Part shown: in pieces, positions 1-10,883 of the stretch
How the letters are laid out: every line of letters starts with the position of its first letter
How positions within the stretch are numbered: the first letter of the stretch is position 1
NCBI GenBank assembly: GCA_965219415.1
Contig: CBDCNP010000002.1
Span: 5,536,001 to 5,600,000 of the forward strand
Reading direction: 5' to 3'
Source: Candidatus Marinacidobacterales bacterium
GTDB lineage: Bacteria; Acidobacteriota; Vicinamibacteria; Marinacidobacterales; DATDRI01
DNA length: 64,000 nucleotides
Notes under the pieces: model-generated
Told to the model about the DNA's origin: nothing
The model's input: the letters and a program-made list of their open reading frames with translations, nothing else
Database searches by the model: none
Position numbers and translations under genes: made by a program

Positions 1-102
1 GGTGCGCACGGCTGGCCTGATGGGTGGTGGGGCGCGCCACGGGCGGGGAACGGCCGCCGAGGGCGAGACGGGACTGGACTTTGCCGGGGAGAAGAGCGCC
101 TG

Positions 103-624
103 CTAGTGGTTTGAGAGGGGATCGAACAGCGGCACCGAGGAGCCACACTGCCGGGCGTGCACCACCTTCTCGTACTCTTCTCTGAGGACGGACGGTCCCT
201 GTCGAGAGCAGTACTTGTCGAAAGCCTCGGTCAGGTTCTGCGCCACCATCTCGTCGTTCATCATCTCTATATGCCGTCGCTCAAGCATGTGCACGAGCTC
301 GCCGTCTTTGAAAAGGGCCACCGAAGGTGAGCTCGGAGCAACGCCGACCATGTGCTCTCTGGCGCGCTCCGTGGCCTCACGGTCCACGCCGGCGAAGACC
401 GTCGTGAGGTGATCGGGAATTGTGCTGTGTTGCAGGGCGCGAGTCACACCCGGGCGCGCCGAGCCGGCAGCACATCCACAAACCGAGTTCACCACCACGA
501 GCGTTGTCCCAGGCCTCTTCAAGGCCTCGTCGACGTTCTCTCTTGTTTGCACGGGCTCCACCCCGCATTGGGCAAGCTCCTCCCACATGGGCCGAACACC
601 CTCGGGATCGTAAAGTGGCTGCAT
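103..624 (-). CDS. BrxA/BrxB (YphP-like) bacilliredoxin / disulfide isomerase
   Basis: 173 aa ORF with VNSVCGCAAG (CGC) motif, TVFAGVD and PSSPSVALFKDG, diagnostic of the family; GAGGAG RBS upstream. Confidence 0.9.
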   Translation of the reverse strand: MQPLYDPEGVRPMWEELAQCGVEPVQTRENVDEALKRPGTTLVVVNSVCGCAAGSARPGVTRALQHSTIPDHLTTVFAGVDREATERAREHMVGVAPSSPSVALFKDGELVHMLERRHIEMMNDEMVAQNLTEAFDKYCSRQGPSVLREEYEKVVHARQCGSSVPLFDPLSNH

Positions 625-753
625 TTGTCTCTCCTCTCCTCGCTGTCTGTTTAGAGATTACGCTAGCCTGCAATCCCGGAGAAATCAACCCGGTCATTCA
701 AGTGCTGCGAACCAAGCGTAGACACGTCTATTCCGAAACGTCCCGGCACGCCG

Positions 754-786
754 GTCTTGAGTTCGTTTGTATTTTTGGACACGATG
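754..786 (-). repeat. Orphan 'B-type' element terminus (CGTCGTGTCCAAAAA(C/T)ACAAACGAACTC family)
   Basis: Same ~30 bp also at ~11626, 20404, 21317, 30816, 50622, 54101, 58412, 58484, 58579. Confidence 0.8.
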
Positions 787-1103
787 CGCATGAGTATTTT
801 GACCTCACGGGGTTTGACCGACTTAGGGTCCTAGGCGAATCGCTTTCCATCTTCTGCAGCGTACGTCGCCACCTTGCCGTCCGCCACGCAAGTGGAATCG
901 AGCGCCTCGATGACGTCGCCCAGCTTGGAGGCCGGGATCGCGCACGTCACTTCGCTGGGTGACATCCCTGTACGGACCCGGCTTAGCATGCACTCGACAC
1001 TGGCCGCGATTTCACCTTACTCCTTGGCGATGGCGACGATGTGACACTGGGGTTTTCCCTCGAAGCGAAGACCGGGGATTGCGTCATGAAGGACCATAAG
1101 TTG

Positions 1104-1314
1104 CCGGAACAGATCCGCGCGTTCCGGGACACTTGGGAGCTCGGCATCCATTCGTACCTGACTTATCTGCGCGATCGACTGCTGTTGGCGCGGGAACTGC
1201 TACATGAGAGCGGCAGTGTCTTCGTCCAGATCGGTGACGAAAATGTCCATCGTGTCGGACTAGTGATGGACGAGATATTTGGTGCGGAAAATAGGATGGC
1301 AACGATTTCTTATG
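1104..1314 (+). pseudogene. Internal fragment of a site-specific (Mod-like) DNA methyltransferase
   Basis: [47 protein letters not shown] is typical of N6-MTases; cut at 1315 by an IS3 end. Confidence 0.8.
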
Positions 1315-1487
1315 TGAACCGCCCCGGGTTTCCCGGAGACTCCACCTCTTGAGAGGATGGAGTCATGACAAGACGAAGGAGGTATTCACCGGAGGTAAAA
1401 GAGCGCGCAGTGGGGATGGTTATCGACCAGCAGGCTGAGCAGGAATCTCAGTGGTCTGACCTTGCCCAGGAAAAGTGGACGGGTTGA

Positions 1488-2366
1488 TTATCTCGCATGA
1501 GCAGTTTTGAGATCATGAATCCGTTCGAACACCATTGGGCTGTTGTAATCGAGTGACGAGTGGAGTCGATATGGATTGTAGAACCCCTCGATGTAGCTCG
1601 CGACCGCGTCTTTGGCCATACGTCGTGTTGGCCAACTACGTCGGTGGAGGAGTTCGGTCTTGAGTGTGCCGAAGAAGCTCTCGGTCACGGCGTTGTCCCA
1701 GCAATCACCCTTGCGGCTCATCGAGCACACGATGCCGTACTCATCGAGCACGGCCTGGTAGGTCGCAGCCGCGTATTGAGTACCACGGTCTGAATGATGC
1801 ACCAAGCCACTTTCCGGCAGGCGGCGCCCCAAGGCTATGTGAAGCGCCTCGAGAGCAAGCTCCGCGCGCAGGTGGGGCTGCATCGCCCAGCCGACGACAC
1901 GACGCGAGAACAGATCGAGGATGACCGCCAAGTAGAGCCAGCCTTCCCAAGTCCGGATGAAGGTTATGTCCGTCACCCAGAACTGGTTCGGTCGTTCGGC
2001 TTCGAAGTTCCGACCGAGCACGTTGGGTGCGACAGGACGATCGTGCTTGCTGTCGGTCGTGCGGCGAAAACGCTTGCTGGGCAGGCCCTGCAGACCCATC
2101 TCACGCATCAGCCGTGCCACTCGCTGCTTGCCCACCTCGACGTTCTCCCCGTCAAGCTGGCGACGTACACGCTCCCTGCCGTAGGTACCACGGCTATGGG
2201 CGTGGATCGCTTGGATGCGCAGCTTCAGCTTCCCATCCTCACACTGTCGCTTGCTGGGCGCGCGCTTCATCTGAGCGTAGTAGCCGCTGGTCGATACCCT
2301 CAGGACTCGGCACATCACCCGCACCGGGTAGTTGGCCCGCTCCGCGTGAATGAAATTGAATCTCAT
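1488..2366 (-). CDS. IS3 transposase OrfB (DDE integrase core)
   Basis: WVTDITF, HHSDRGTQY, DNAVTESFFGTLKTE motifs. Confidence 0.93.
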   Translation of the reverse strand: MRFNFIHAERANYPVRVMCRVLRVSTSGYYAQMKRAPSKRQCEDGKLKLRIQAIHAHSRGTYGRERVRRQLDGENVEVGKQRVARLMREMGLQGLPSKRFRRTTDSKHDRPVAPNVLGRNFEAERPNQFWVTDITFIRTWEGWLYLAVILDLFSRRVVGWAMQPHLRAELALEALHIALGRRLPESGLVHHSDRGTQYAAATYQAVLDEYGIVCSMSRKGDCWDNAVTESFFGTLKTELLHRRSWPTRRMAKDAVASYIEGFYNPYRLHSSLDYNSPMVFERIHDLKTAHAR

Positions 2367-2659
2367 TCGCTTTCTTTCGCGAAGAAGGCCGCCGCCTTTT
2401 TTAATATTTCTCGCTCTTGCTCCAACGTGCGCACTCGACGTCGTAGCGAACCCAGCTCATCACGTTCCGCCGTCGTCAGAGCCTCGCGTGGACCTTCACC
2501 GTGATCAACTTTGTATTGTTTCACCCAGTTTCGAAGGGATGATTCCGTCAGGTCCAGTTCCTTAGCGACCTGGCCGATGCTGCGCTCGCCTTCCCTGAAC
2601 AACCGGACCGCTTCCTTCTTGAACTCCCCCGTGAACTTCCTGCGTCGTCGTTTTCCCAT
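2363..2659 (-). CDS. IS3 transposase OrfA (HTH)
   Basis: RRKFTGEFKKEAV...ILKKAAAFFAKE; ATGA overlap with orfB. Confidence 0.9.
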   Translation of the reverse strand: MGKRRRRKFTGEFKKEAVRLFREGERSIGQVAKELDLTESSLRNWVKQYKVDHGEGPREALTTAERDELGSLRRRVRTLEQEREILKKAAAFFAKESE

Positions 2660-2984
2660 GGACGCCTCCAGGCGCATTGTCGCGCCTCGGTTGGTGTCCA
2701 CAAAACCCGGGCAGGGCCAGTCAGCGATCTCATCGATTGCGTCGAAGATTGACTGTACGCGGGAAACGCTACGCACGTGGGTGCGTCGAGCAGAGCGTGA
2801 TGCTGGGAAACGAGCGGGACCGACGACGGACGAGGGTCAGCCGCTGAAGGAGCTTGAGCGAGAGAACCGTGAGCTAAAGGGGGCGAACGAGATCCTTCTC
2901 AAGGCGTCGACGTTTTTCGCCCAGGCGGAGCTCGACCGCCGACCGAGGTGAATGTGTTGTTCGTGGACGCGAACCGTGAAAATT

Positions 2985-4368
2985 GGGTTTACGCGGATTC
3001 GTGTGGGTAAGTTCTGACAGAAAAACAGTGTAACTCATTGTGTGGAAAAGGTATCGAGTACTTCATCAGGTGCTGAAAAGTGGTCCATTTTTAGGATAGG
3101 CTAACCGAGTGAAAAATTCCCAGTCGATCCGCTCGCTGTTTGCGCTGCCAGGTTTCGTGGTTGGTGCCGGATTGAAGGGTCTATTCGGTGACCGATACGC
3201 CCGTGTCATCCAGCTCAAGAGGCGAAAAAAACAGCTGTGTGCTCTTACTGTGGGCAACGGTGCCGGGGGCGCTATGACAAGCAAGTGTGCCGGGTCCGCG
3301 ACCTGTCGTTGGCAGGCTGGCGGATCTATCTGGAATACGAGCGTTGGCGCGTCAACTGTTCTGGGTGCGGCGGTGTGCATGTAGAACACCTAGACTGGCT
3401 GGCGAACAACTCGCGCTACACCCAGCGTTTTGCGACGCATGTGGGCAAGCTGTGCCGGGATATGTCGAACAAGGCGGTGGCCGAGATGGAACGTCTGCAC
3501 CACGGTACGGTGAAGGCTCTGGATACGCTCTACATGCAAGAGCAGGTCGACCGGGCGGGGCTACCGGCGCCTCGGGCCATCGGTGTCGATGAGATCTCCA
3601 TCCGCAAGGGACATAACTATCGCGTCATTGTCAGCGACCTGGAGCGGGCGCGTCCCATCTGGGTGGGCGGTGAGGGTCGCAAAGAAACCGACATCGATTT
3701 GTTCTTCAAGGCGCTGGGCGGAAAGAAAAGCGCCCGTATCAAGCTGGCCGCCATGGATATGTGGAAGCCCTTCCGGAACTCGGTGATTCACAACGCGCCT
3801 AATGCGCGGATCATCTTCGACAAGTTTCATATCATGCGTCATCTGTCAAAGGCCCTCGATGAGGTCCGGCGCGGTGAGTACAAACGCCTCAGCGGCAAGG
3901 ACCGGTCGTACATCAAGGGGCAGCGTTACACTTTGCTTTCCCGGCGGGAGAACCTGAGCCTAGACGGTCGCCGCGCACTCAAAAAGTTGCTCCAGGCCAA
4001 CCGGCGCCTGAACACCGCCTATATTTTGAAGGAGGCCTTCGGGCAACTCTGGGATTACCGCACCGAACGCGGCGCTCGCGCCTTTTTCACCCGTTGGAAA
4101 GACAGCCTCAAATGGCAACGCCTGCATCCGTACCAGAAGTTCGCCGGTATGATTGAGTCCCATTGGGATGGTATCGCCTCCTACTGTCATCCGGAGAACA
4201 AAGTCAGTCTCGGCCTAGTTGAAGGGGTCAACAACAAAATCCGTGTTCTGCAACGACGCGCCTACGGCTATCGCGACGAGGAATATCTCAAGCTGAAGAT
4301 CGTGGCGGCTTTCCTTCCGCTATTACCCAGAAATGCAGTTTTCAACCCACACGAATCCGCGTAGACCC
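2985..4368 (+). mobile_element. ISL3-family element
   Basis: IRs GGGT(T/C)TACGCGGATTCGTGTGGG at both ends; 8-bp AT-rich TSD TGAAAATT (2977-2984 / 4369-4376). Confidence 0.95.
3109..4364 (+). CDS. ISL3 transposase, split into two frames at an A7 run (~3225-3231)
   Basis: Zn-finger CSYCG/CSGCG, IGVDE, AMDMW, FDKFH, VEGVNNKI motifs; N-terminal ~40 codons in another frame. Confidence 0.85.
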
Positions 4369-4378
4369 TGAAAATTAG

Positions 4379-5074
<696 letters not shown>

Positions 5075-5210
5075 TGATCCGTCGACGTGGGCCCTGGCAT
5101 GGTCTCGAAGACGTTGAGTTCGCCACCCTCGAGTGGGTCCATTGGTACAACACGCAACGACTCTTGGAGCCGATCGGAAATGTCTCCCCCGTCGAGTACG
5201 AGATGAACTA

Positions 5211-5410
5211 CTCCCGATAGACAAGCCACTGTCATATTCTACAAACTGGATAAAAATGGACGTGTATGCGACTTGGTGCTCCCCTCCAATCCTCACTTTA
5301 GTAGCGAAATGCTGAAAGCACCCGATGTTCTGCGGAGAATTCAGAAGGCGCTATTGGCGGCGGGTCATCCAGTAGACGAGTTTGGGTATCCGCGTCCGAC
5401 TGCATAGAGT
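5211..5410 (+). repeat. 200-bp inverted near-duplicate of 57741-57940 (3' end of hypothetical gene)
   Basis: Direct comparison shows only a handful of substitutions. Confidence 0.9.
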
Positions 5411-5576
5411 GGTGCTTGCGCTATTTACTATTGGTGATGTGTGCGCATCCCTTTGTAAAAGAGGCGCTTACGCTCCATTTAGCGCGCAGCGAAGGTCACG
5501 AGCGCTATTTTGGCTGTAATTTAATGCACCGTAAAGTCTTAGCGTCATCTCACCAACACTTAATGGCGGAAGCACC
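5411..5576. mobile_element. 166-bp MITE with IS1-family ends (GGTGCTTGCGC...GCGGAAGCACC)
   Basis: Other full copies at 24475-24640, 38162-38323, 49204-49369, 60996-61161; one end matches the IR of the IS1 element at 41271. Confidence 0.9.
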
Positions 5577-5596
5577 CGTTGATGGCCTGTTTTGTT

Positions 5597-6568
5597 CTAC
5601 CCTTGATGGTTGCGCTCTCCGTGATAATGATGGATGAACTCAGCGACGGCACGGCGCAGCGATTGCTCACTGAAGAAGATCATCCGATCCAGGCACTCGC
5701 TCTTGATCGACAAAACAAACCTTTCGACGTAAGCGTTCAGATTCTGCGAACGGTGCGGCAGCCGCAAGACGTCAGTTCCGGCGTGCTCGAGCAAGTCGCG
5801 AAACTCTGTGGTGAACTTCTTGTCGCGGTCCAGGATGAGCAATCGCTTGCCGCGCAGAAAGCCGTCGAGCGGGTCGGTGAGATTCCGACCGACCTGCATC
5901 ATGAACGCGTCGTCCGGCCCAGGAGTGATTCCAGCAATGTGCACTTTTCGCGAAGAGAGTTCGATGACAACGAGCACATAGTAGGTCACGAGCCTGCGAA
6001 CCGTGGCGACCTCGACGGTGAAGAAGTCAGTCGCAGCGACGGTTTCCCAATGGGCGGCGAGAAACGTGCGCCATGGCGTCCGCTCACCTCTCTCCGGCGC
6101 AGGCTCGATGCCATGCTCTCGCAGAATATTGGCGATGGTGCTCCTAGCTAGGGTATGGCCGAGATTCGAGAGGGCACCGCGAATTCGTGTATACCCCCAC
6201 CTCGGATTCGACTTCGCCATCCCCACAACGAGCTCGCTAATCTCGGCCATGACCTGAGGCCGTCCGAGCTGTTTCCGCCGCGCGGTGTAGTCCCACCTCC
6301 GCGCAATGAGCCTTCGGTGCCAAGCCAGCAGGGTTTCCGGTGTGACGATACCGGCGACTTCTGACAAGAGTTTCCGGCCAAGGGCCTTACCCTTTACCGC
6401 GAGACGACGTCGCTCGTCGTCCGTGAGGCGAAGCTTCCTCCCGCGAAGCCGAGCTTTGAGGACTCTGTTTTCCTCGAGCAAGTAGACGATAGCAGCCTGT
6501 TGGTCACGCTGGACCCAACCAGCGATGGCGACCACCAACAACGTCAAGGGCTGGATCGGCGTCCTCAT
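5597..6568 (-). pseudogene. rve integrase-core transposase (unclassified family), 3' end truncated next to the MITE
   Basis: [10 protein letters not shown]...[11 protein letters not shown]-terminus; ATDFF, LDRD, YVERFV DDE triad; ends prematurely at ERNHQG. Confidence 0.85.
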
Positions 6569-6839
6569 GACCGAGGATTCTGGGAAGCCAGCCCTGCAGC
6601 GCGATATACCCTGGATTCTGCAAGGATTCCAGAGCGTCTAGGGCTGGGGGCGCTATCTCTTCAGTGTCAACTTCTGCTTCTTCTTCGCCCTCGCCTTGGC
6701 CCTCTGTCTTGGCCAAGATCCGGCGAGCGGCCGCATTGGTCTCCTCTGTCTATCCGGTCTCGGCTGGAAACCATTAAAAACAGAGAATTAACAGAGATTA
6801 TGGACACAAACTGACCCCCGAGCGCCAAAAACCATAGAC

Positions 6840-6984
6840 CGGATATTCGAGAACAGTCGTACGAGCGAGCCTCTCCACGTTTCTAAGATGCCGGTGGTGT
6901 CATCGGGTTGACCAGCACGAAGCAACCGAGCATGACAACTCTAAACCGCTAAATCAACGCCGGATCGACTTTTTGCGGAGCACA
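6840..6984 (-). repeat. Orphan 'C-type' left end (TGTGCTCCGCAAAAA...)
   Basis: Homologous to ~30540-30682 and 49595-49740; tip also at 11668, 24196, 24396. Confidence 0.75.
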
Positions 6985-7015
6985 ACCATTACAGCGACCA
7001 AGCACACTGGGGACG

Positions 7016-7999
7016 CTATTGTCTCCAATCGTCGGCGTCCAGTTCCTTAACACGTCGAGCAAAGACACCGTGAAACTCTTTCAGCCGTTTGGCGAGCCAT
7101 TCATGTTGCTGTGGCCAGTCCGAGCAGTCCTCCAGGTTCACGTTATCTTGGTAATACGCTATCCGGCTGTCTTGGCGAGCCGGTAACTCTTCCCATCCCA
7201 AGGAGTACTGTAGCTCTTGCTCAATTGCGTCTTTCTGCTCTCTCAGAAGGCCGAAAAACGCCTTCGCGTTGTCTCCTCGGAGATACAATTCCACCCGGAT
7301 TCGGTTTTTCGGAAGTATCATGACCGTAGCCAAAATAAAGCCGGTGCGTCCTATGGGGAATGTCAACCATGCTCGCGTTGCCGGCTTGCGGTTTTTATCG
7401 AAAGGCCAGCTGTCCATGCCGAGAACTTGGTTCAAAAAAGCGGTCCAGTAGGCTTTCTGCTTTTTCCTCGTTTCCGATAGGTCGGTATCATCATCGATCA
7501 CCCGAGCGGCCTTCGCGACTGACAGCGACCAGTCATTCAGCTTTGATACGACATTAAACTTTGGTGCCGCAAGGGAATTTCCGATGCGCCACAGTTCAAC
7601 CTCCAACCCGAAAAACCGGAAACTCTCATCCGTGATCTTGTTCAGCCAGTCGAGAGTGGCACGGTGTTCATCCGTGAAAGACGCAGCGATCCAAACAATG
7701 GTGACGGCTTGAAGGCCCGCCGCGTAGGTCAGTAATTGGCCAAGATGGTTGTGGTTGGTCCGCTCTAATTGGTTCTCGACTAGCACCCAAGCGTTAGTCC
7801 CGTCCCTGCAAATGATGTCGGCACGAAAGGGACCTACCGGCTTCTCCGCCGCCTCCAACTCCAAGTCCACCCCAAGCGTCTCCGCCAACACTTCAAGGTT
7901 TTCGGGACGGGCGAGCCAAGGGGTGAAGTCACCCGCCTCGGTGGTCCAGACGGTTCGAAGATCGACGCGCTCCAAGCGTCCGACCGGCTGATCATTCAT
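7016..7999 (-). CDS. DUF4268 domain protein with N-terminal PD-(D/E)xK-like nuclease domain
   Basis: DFTPWLA, ADI...VLVENQL...HLGQLLTYA motifs; GGAGGG RBS before ATG 7999. Confidence 0.85.
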   Translation of the reverse strand: MNDQPVGRLERVDLRTVWTTEAGDFTPWLARPENLEVLAETLGVDLELEAAEKPVGPFRADIICRDGTNAWVLVENQLERTNHNHLGQLLTYAAGLQAVTIVWIAASFTDEHRATLDWLNKITDESFRFFGLEVELWRIGNSLAAPKFNVVSKLNDWSLSVAKAARVIDDDTDLSETRKKQKAYWTAFLNQVLGMDSWPFDKNRKPATRAWLTFPIGRTGFILATVMILPKNRIRVELYLRGDNAKAFFGLLREQKDAIEQELQYSLGWEELPARQDSRIAYYQDNVNLEDCSDWPQQHEWLAKRLKEFHGVFARRVKELDADDWRQ

Positions 8000-8287
8000 T
8001 CCGTTAGCCCTCCAGGATTCTGATCGTTGCTGATCAGTTGATCGACGTATGATACCAGTCCTTGTAAACGTGTCGGCAGTCCGGACAGGTAACTGACCTG
8101 ATCCCACGGTTAGTACCTCGACGCGCTGCTTGAGTCCGACCCGCTCGGAACGGCTGCGGGACTTCGCACCAGGTTACGCGACGCGGTTCGGGAGCAATCG
8201 GGCAGGCGACGGCTCGATTGACGCCCACCTGATCACCTTGCAGCCTTACGTCTACCTCTCGCGTGTCACGGATTCGAGCATGCGCGG

Positions 8288-8563
8288 TTAGCGCACCACC
8301 CGCTTGGCGATCTCGGCACCACGCTCCCGTTCGACCAGCGCGATGTCATACTGACTCTGGAGATCAAGCCAGAACTGCGGGTTGTTGCCGAAATAGCAGC
8401 CCAGGCGAACCGCCGTGTCGGCGGTGATCGAGCGCCGACCGTTCAGGATGTCTGTGATGCGGCCTGAGGGAACGCCTATGTTGAGGGCCAGCCTGTTGGC
8501 GCTCAGGTTGCGTGCGGTAAGCTCGCGTTTCAGAAACCGGCCTGGATGCGAAGTTGGGTGCAT
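8288..8563 (-). CDS. higA: HigA-family antitoxin (HTH)
   Basis: HPGRFL, ITADTAVRL, FWLDLQSQYD; directly downstream of a RelE-like toxin. Confidence 0.9.
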   Translation of the reverse strand: MHPTSHPGRFLKRELTARNLSANRLALNIGVPSGRITDILNGRRSITADTAVRLGCYFGNNPQFWLDLQSQYDIALVERERGAEIAKRVVR

Positions 8564-8567
8564 AGTC

Positions 8568-8855
8568 TTATCCCCTGTGGTAATCAATGATTTCCACGTT
8601 GTGAGCGTTGCCTTTGCGAAACTCGAAACAGATCCGCCAGGGTCCGTTCACGGTCATCGCCCATTGGCGCTTGCGCTCCCCTTTGAGCTTGTGCAACCCG
8701 ACACTCTTGAGGGGGCTCAGGTCCTGAAGCGTCTTGGCAACGTTCAGGGCCAGTAACAGATCGACGGCGGCAGCGAAGTCTAAACCGCGGAAACGGTTCG
8801 GACGCTCGCCATTCCAGATTTTTTGGCTCGCCACGTTGCCCCATGAGTAGATCAA
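8568..8855 (-). CDS. higB: HigB (RelE/ParE-like) toxin
   Basis: LHKLKGER, VNGPWRICFEF, C-terminal IIDYH; toxin-first gene order. Confidence 0.88.
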   Translation of the reverse strand: MIYSWGNVASQKIWNGERPNRFRGLDFAAAVDLLLALNVAKTLQDLSPLKSVGLHKLKGERKRQWAMTVNGPWRICFEFRKGNAHNVEIIDYHRG

Positions 8856-9483
8856 GTCAAAAATATACTACGCGGCACGGTTAAAGTGAAACAACGCCGA
8901 CATCCGCTTTGTATGCGGGCGCTTGCAGGTGGATCAAGGAGGTGACCTGACGTTGATCCGCATAAAGGAGATCGCGCATTTGACGGGCAGACAGCTGCCT
9001 TGGTGGCACAACTCCGATAGAGGCCGAGAGCCCGCTTGGCCCCGACTCCCATCATCCGATCATCTCGCTATCAGGCATCCCGAGCGCCGTCATGGTGTTG
9101 AGAATCTTGCACCCGATCCTTGCCTCACCTCTCTGTGCCGCCAACCCTCTCGCTCGCATCGCTGAGCCCACGATAGCCTTGTAGCGATGGAACGTTGTCT
9201 CGACTTTGCTCCGTTTGCTGTAGCCCGATTCTGTGTGCCACTTTCGTTTGCCGAGCCGAGCTTGTGCTGCAATGTTGCGATTGCGCTGTCGGCTGCTCGC
9301 CGGCCCCGATGCGAGCAGGGCGCCCTTGCGCGGCGGTATCAGCACCCTCGGCGAGCGATGAGCGCTGTGATTCTCGATTGCCTCATAGACGCCGCCGGCG
9401 TCGTATGCGGTGTCAGCTCTGGCCGATGAGATGGGACTGTCGATCTGTCCGACAAGCGATGCAACCCGCGATGAATCGCGGGC

Positions 9484-10883
9484 GAGTTATAACCAGAAGT
9501 TGTGGATCGCCTGAATGAGAAAGGCGGCGTATCCTTCCATGTAAGACAAAGGCCAAACCGGTTTTAGCGAACCGGAGGAAGGAAACGCCACCGATGCTGA
9601 GGATACAAGATCCACCGAAGGAAACGAAACATGAGGAAGTCGGGACTGCGCTCGATGAGCTGGCTCGTGAGGGGGCGCGTCGAATGTTGATGACGGCGCT
9701 GGAGGAGGAAGTCGGAGACTACATCGAAAGCCACTCTCCGGAACGAGACGAGAACGGACACGCGAGCGTAGTCCGCAACGGTCGAGCTCGAGCCCGCAAA
9801 GTGACGATGGGCTGCGGAACGATGGAAGTCGAGGCGCCGCGAGTCAACGACAAGCGGGTGATCGATGGAGAACGTCAGCGCTTCACGAGCAGCATCTTAC
9901 CTCCGTATATGCGTCGCTCCCCGAAGGTGAGTGAGGTTTTGCCGTTGCTGTACTTGCGCGGATTGTCGACGAACGATTTCGGGCCTGCGCTGAAGGAGCT
10001 GCTGGGCGAGGAGGCTTCGGGGCTTTCGTCGACGGCGATCACGAGGCTGACGGCGAAATGGCAGTCGGAGTACGAAGAGTTTCGGAAACGAGACTTGAGC
10101 CGCGAGGATTACGCGTACATCTGGGTCGACGGCGTTCACTTCAATGTTCGTCTCGAAGACGACAGGCTTTGCACCCTTGTCGTTCTTGGTGTTCGGGCGG
10201 ATGGGACGAAGGAGCTGCTCGCGGTGGAGGACGGTTATCGAGAGAGCGAGGAGAGCTGGGCGTACGTGCTGAGGGAACTAGATCGCCGCGGGATGAAACC
10301 TCCTCTTCTCGCCATCGGAGACGGCGCCTTGGGATTCTGGGCTGCGGTTCGAAACGTATGGCCGGAAACCCGTCACCAGTTGTGCTGCGTTCACAAGACA
10401 AAAAACGTCCTCGACAAGCTACCGAGGCGTCTTCATGGCCGTGTGAAGAGCGCCCTGAACGAGATCGTCAAGGCTGAGACCAGGGAGCAGGCGGAAGAAG
10501 CTCTTGAGCGGTTCGAATCGGACTACGGGGCCAAGTACCCCAAGGCTGTCGCATCCCTGACCAAGCACCAGGACAAACTCCTGACGTTCTACGATTTCCC
10601 CGCCGAGCACTGGGAGCACATCCGAACCGCCAACCCCATCGAGTCGGCGTTCGCCACGGTGCGACTCCGGCAGAGAGTTACCAAGGGAGCAGGCTCCCGT
10701 TCGAAAACCCTCCTCATGGCCTACAAGTTACTCGACATGGCGAGCCAACGATGGCGCCGGGTGAACGCCCCCGCACTTGTCGCTCGGATACTTGAGGGAG
10801 AGAAGTTCGTCGACGGATTAAACGAAGAAGCGAGGAACGCCGCTTGACTCAGAAAGTTGATCCACAACTCTTGACAATATCTC
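9484..10883 (+). mobile_element. IS256-family element
   Basis: Imperfect 23-bp IRs; 9-bp TSD ATCGCGGGC (9475-9483 / 10884-10892). Confidence 0.95.
9594..10847 (+). CDS. IS256 (mutator-type) transposase
   Basis: RNG, WVDG, IGDGALGFW, CCVHK, RTANPIES motifs; intact 417 aa. Confidence 0.95.
   Translation: MLRIQDPPKETKHEEVGTALDELAREGARRMLMTALEEEVGDYIESHSPERDENGHASVVRNGRARARKVTMGCGTMEVEAPRVNDKRVIDGERQRFTSSILPPYMRRSPKVSEVLPLLYLRGLSTNDFGPALKELLGEEASGLSSTAITRLTAKWQSEYEEFRKRDLSREDYAYIWVDGVHFNVRLEDDRLCTLVVLGVRADGTKELLAVEDGYRESEESWAYVLRELDRRGMKPPLLAIGDGALGFWAAVRNVWPETRHQLCCVHKTKNVLDKLPRRLHGRVKSALNEIVKAETREQAEEALERFESDYGAKYPKAVASLTKHQDKLLTFYDFPAEHWEHIRTANPIESAFATVRLRQRVTKGAGSRSKTLLMAYKLLDMASQRWRRVNAPALVARILEGEKFVDGLNEEARNAA

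Larger units (their letters stand above)
1457..2719 (-). mobile_element. Intact IS3-family element nested in orfA of the outer IS3
   Basis: TG...CA ends with imperfect IRs; 3-bp target duplication GTC (1454-1456 / 2720-2722). Confidence 0.92.
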
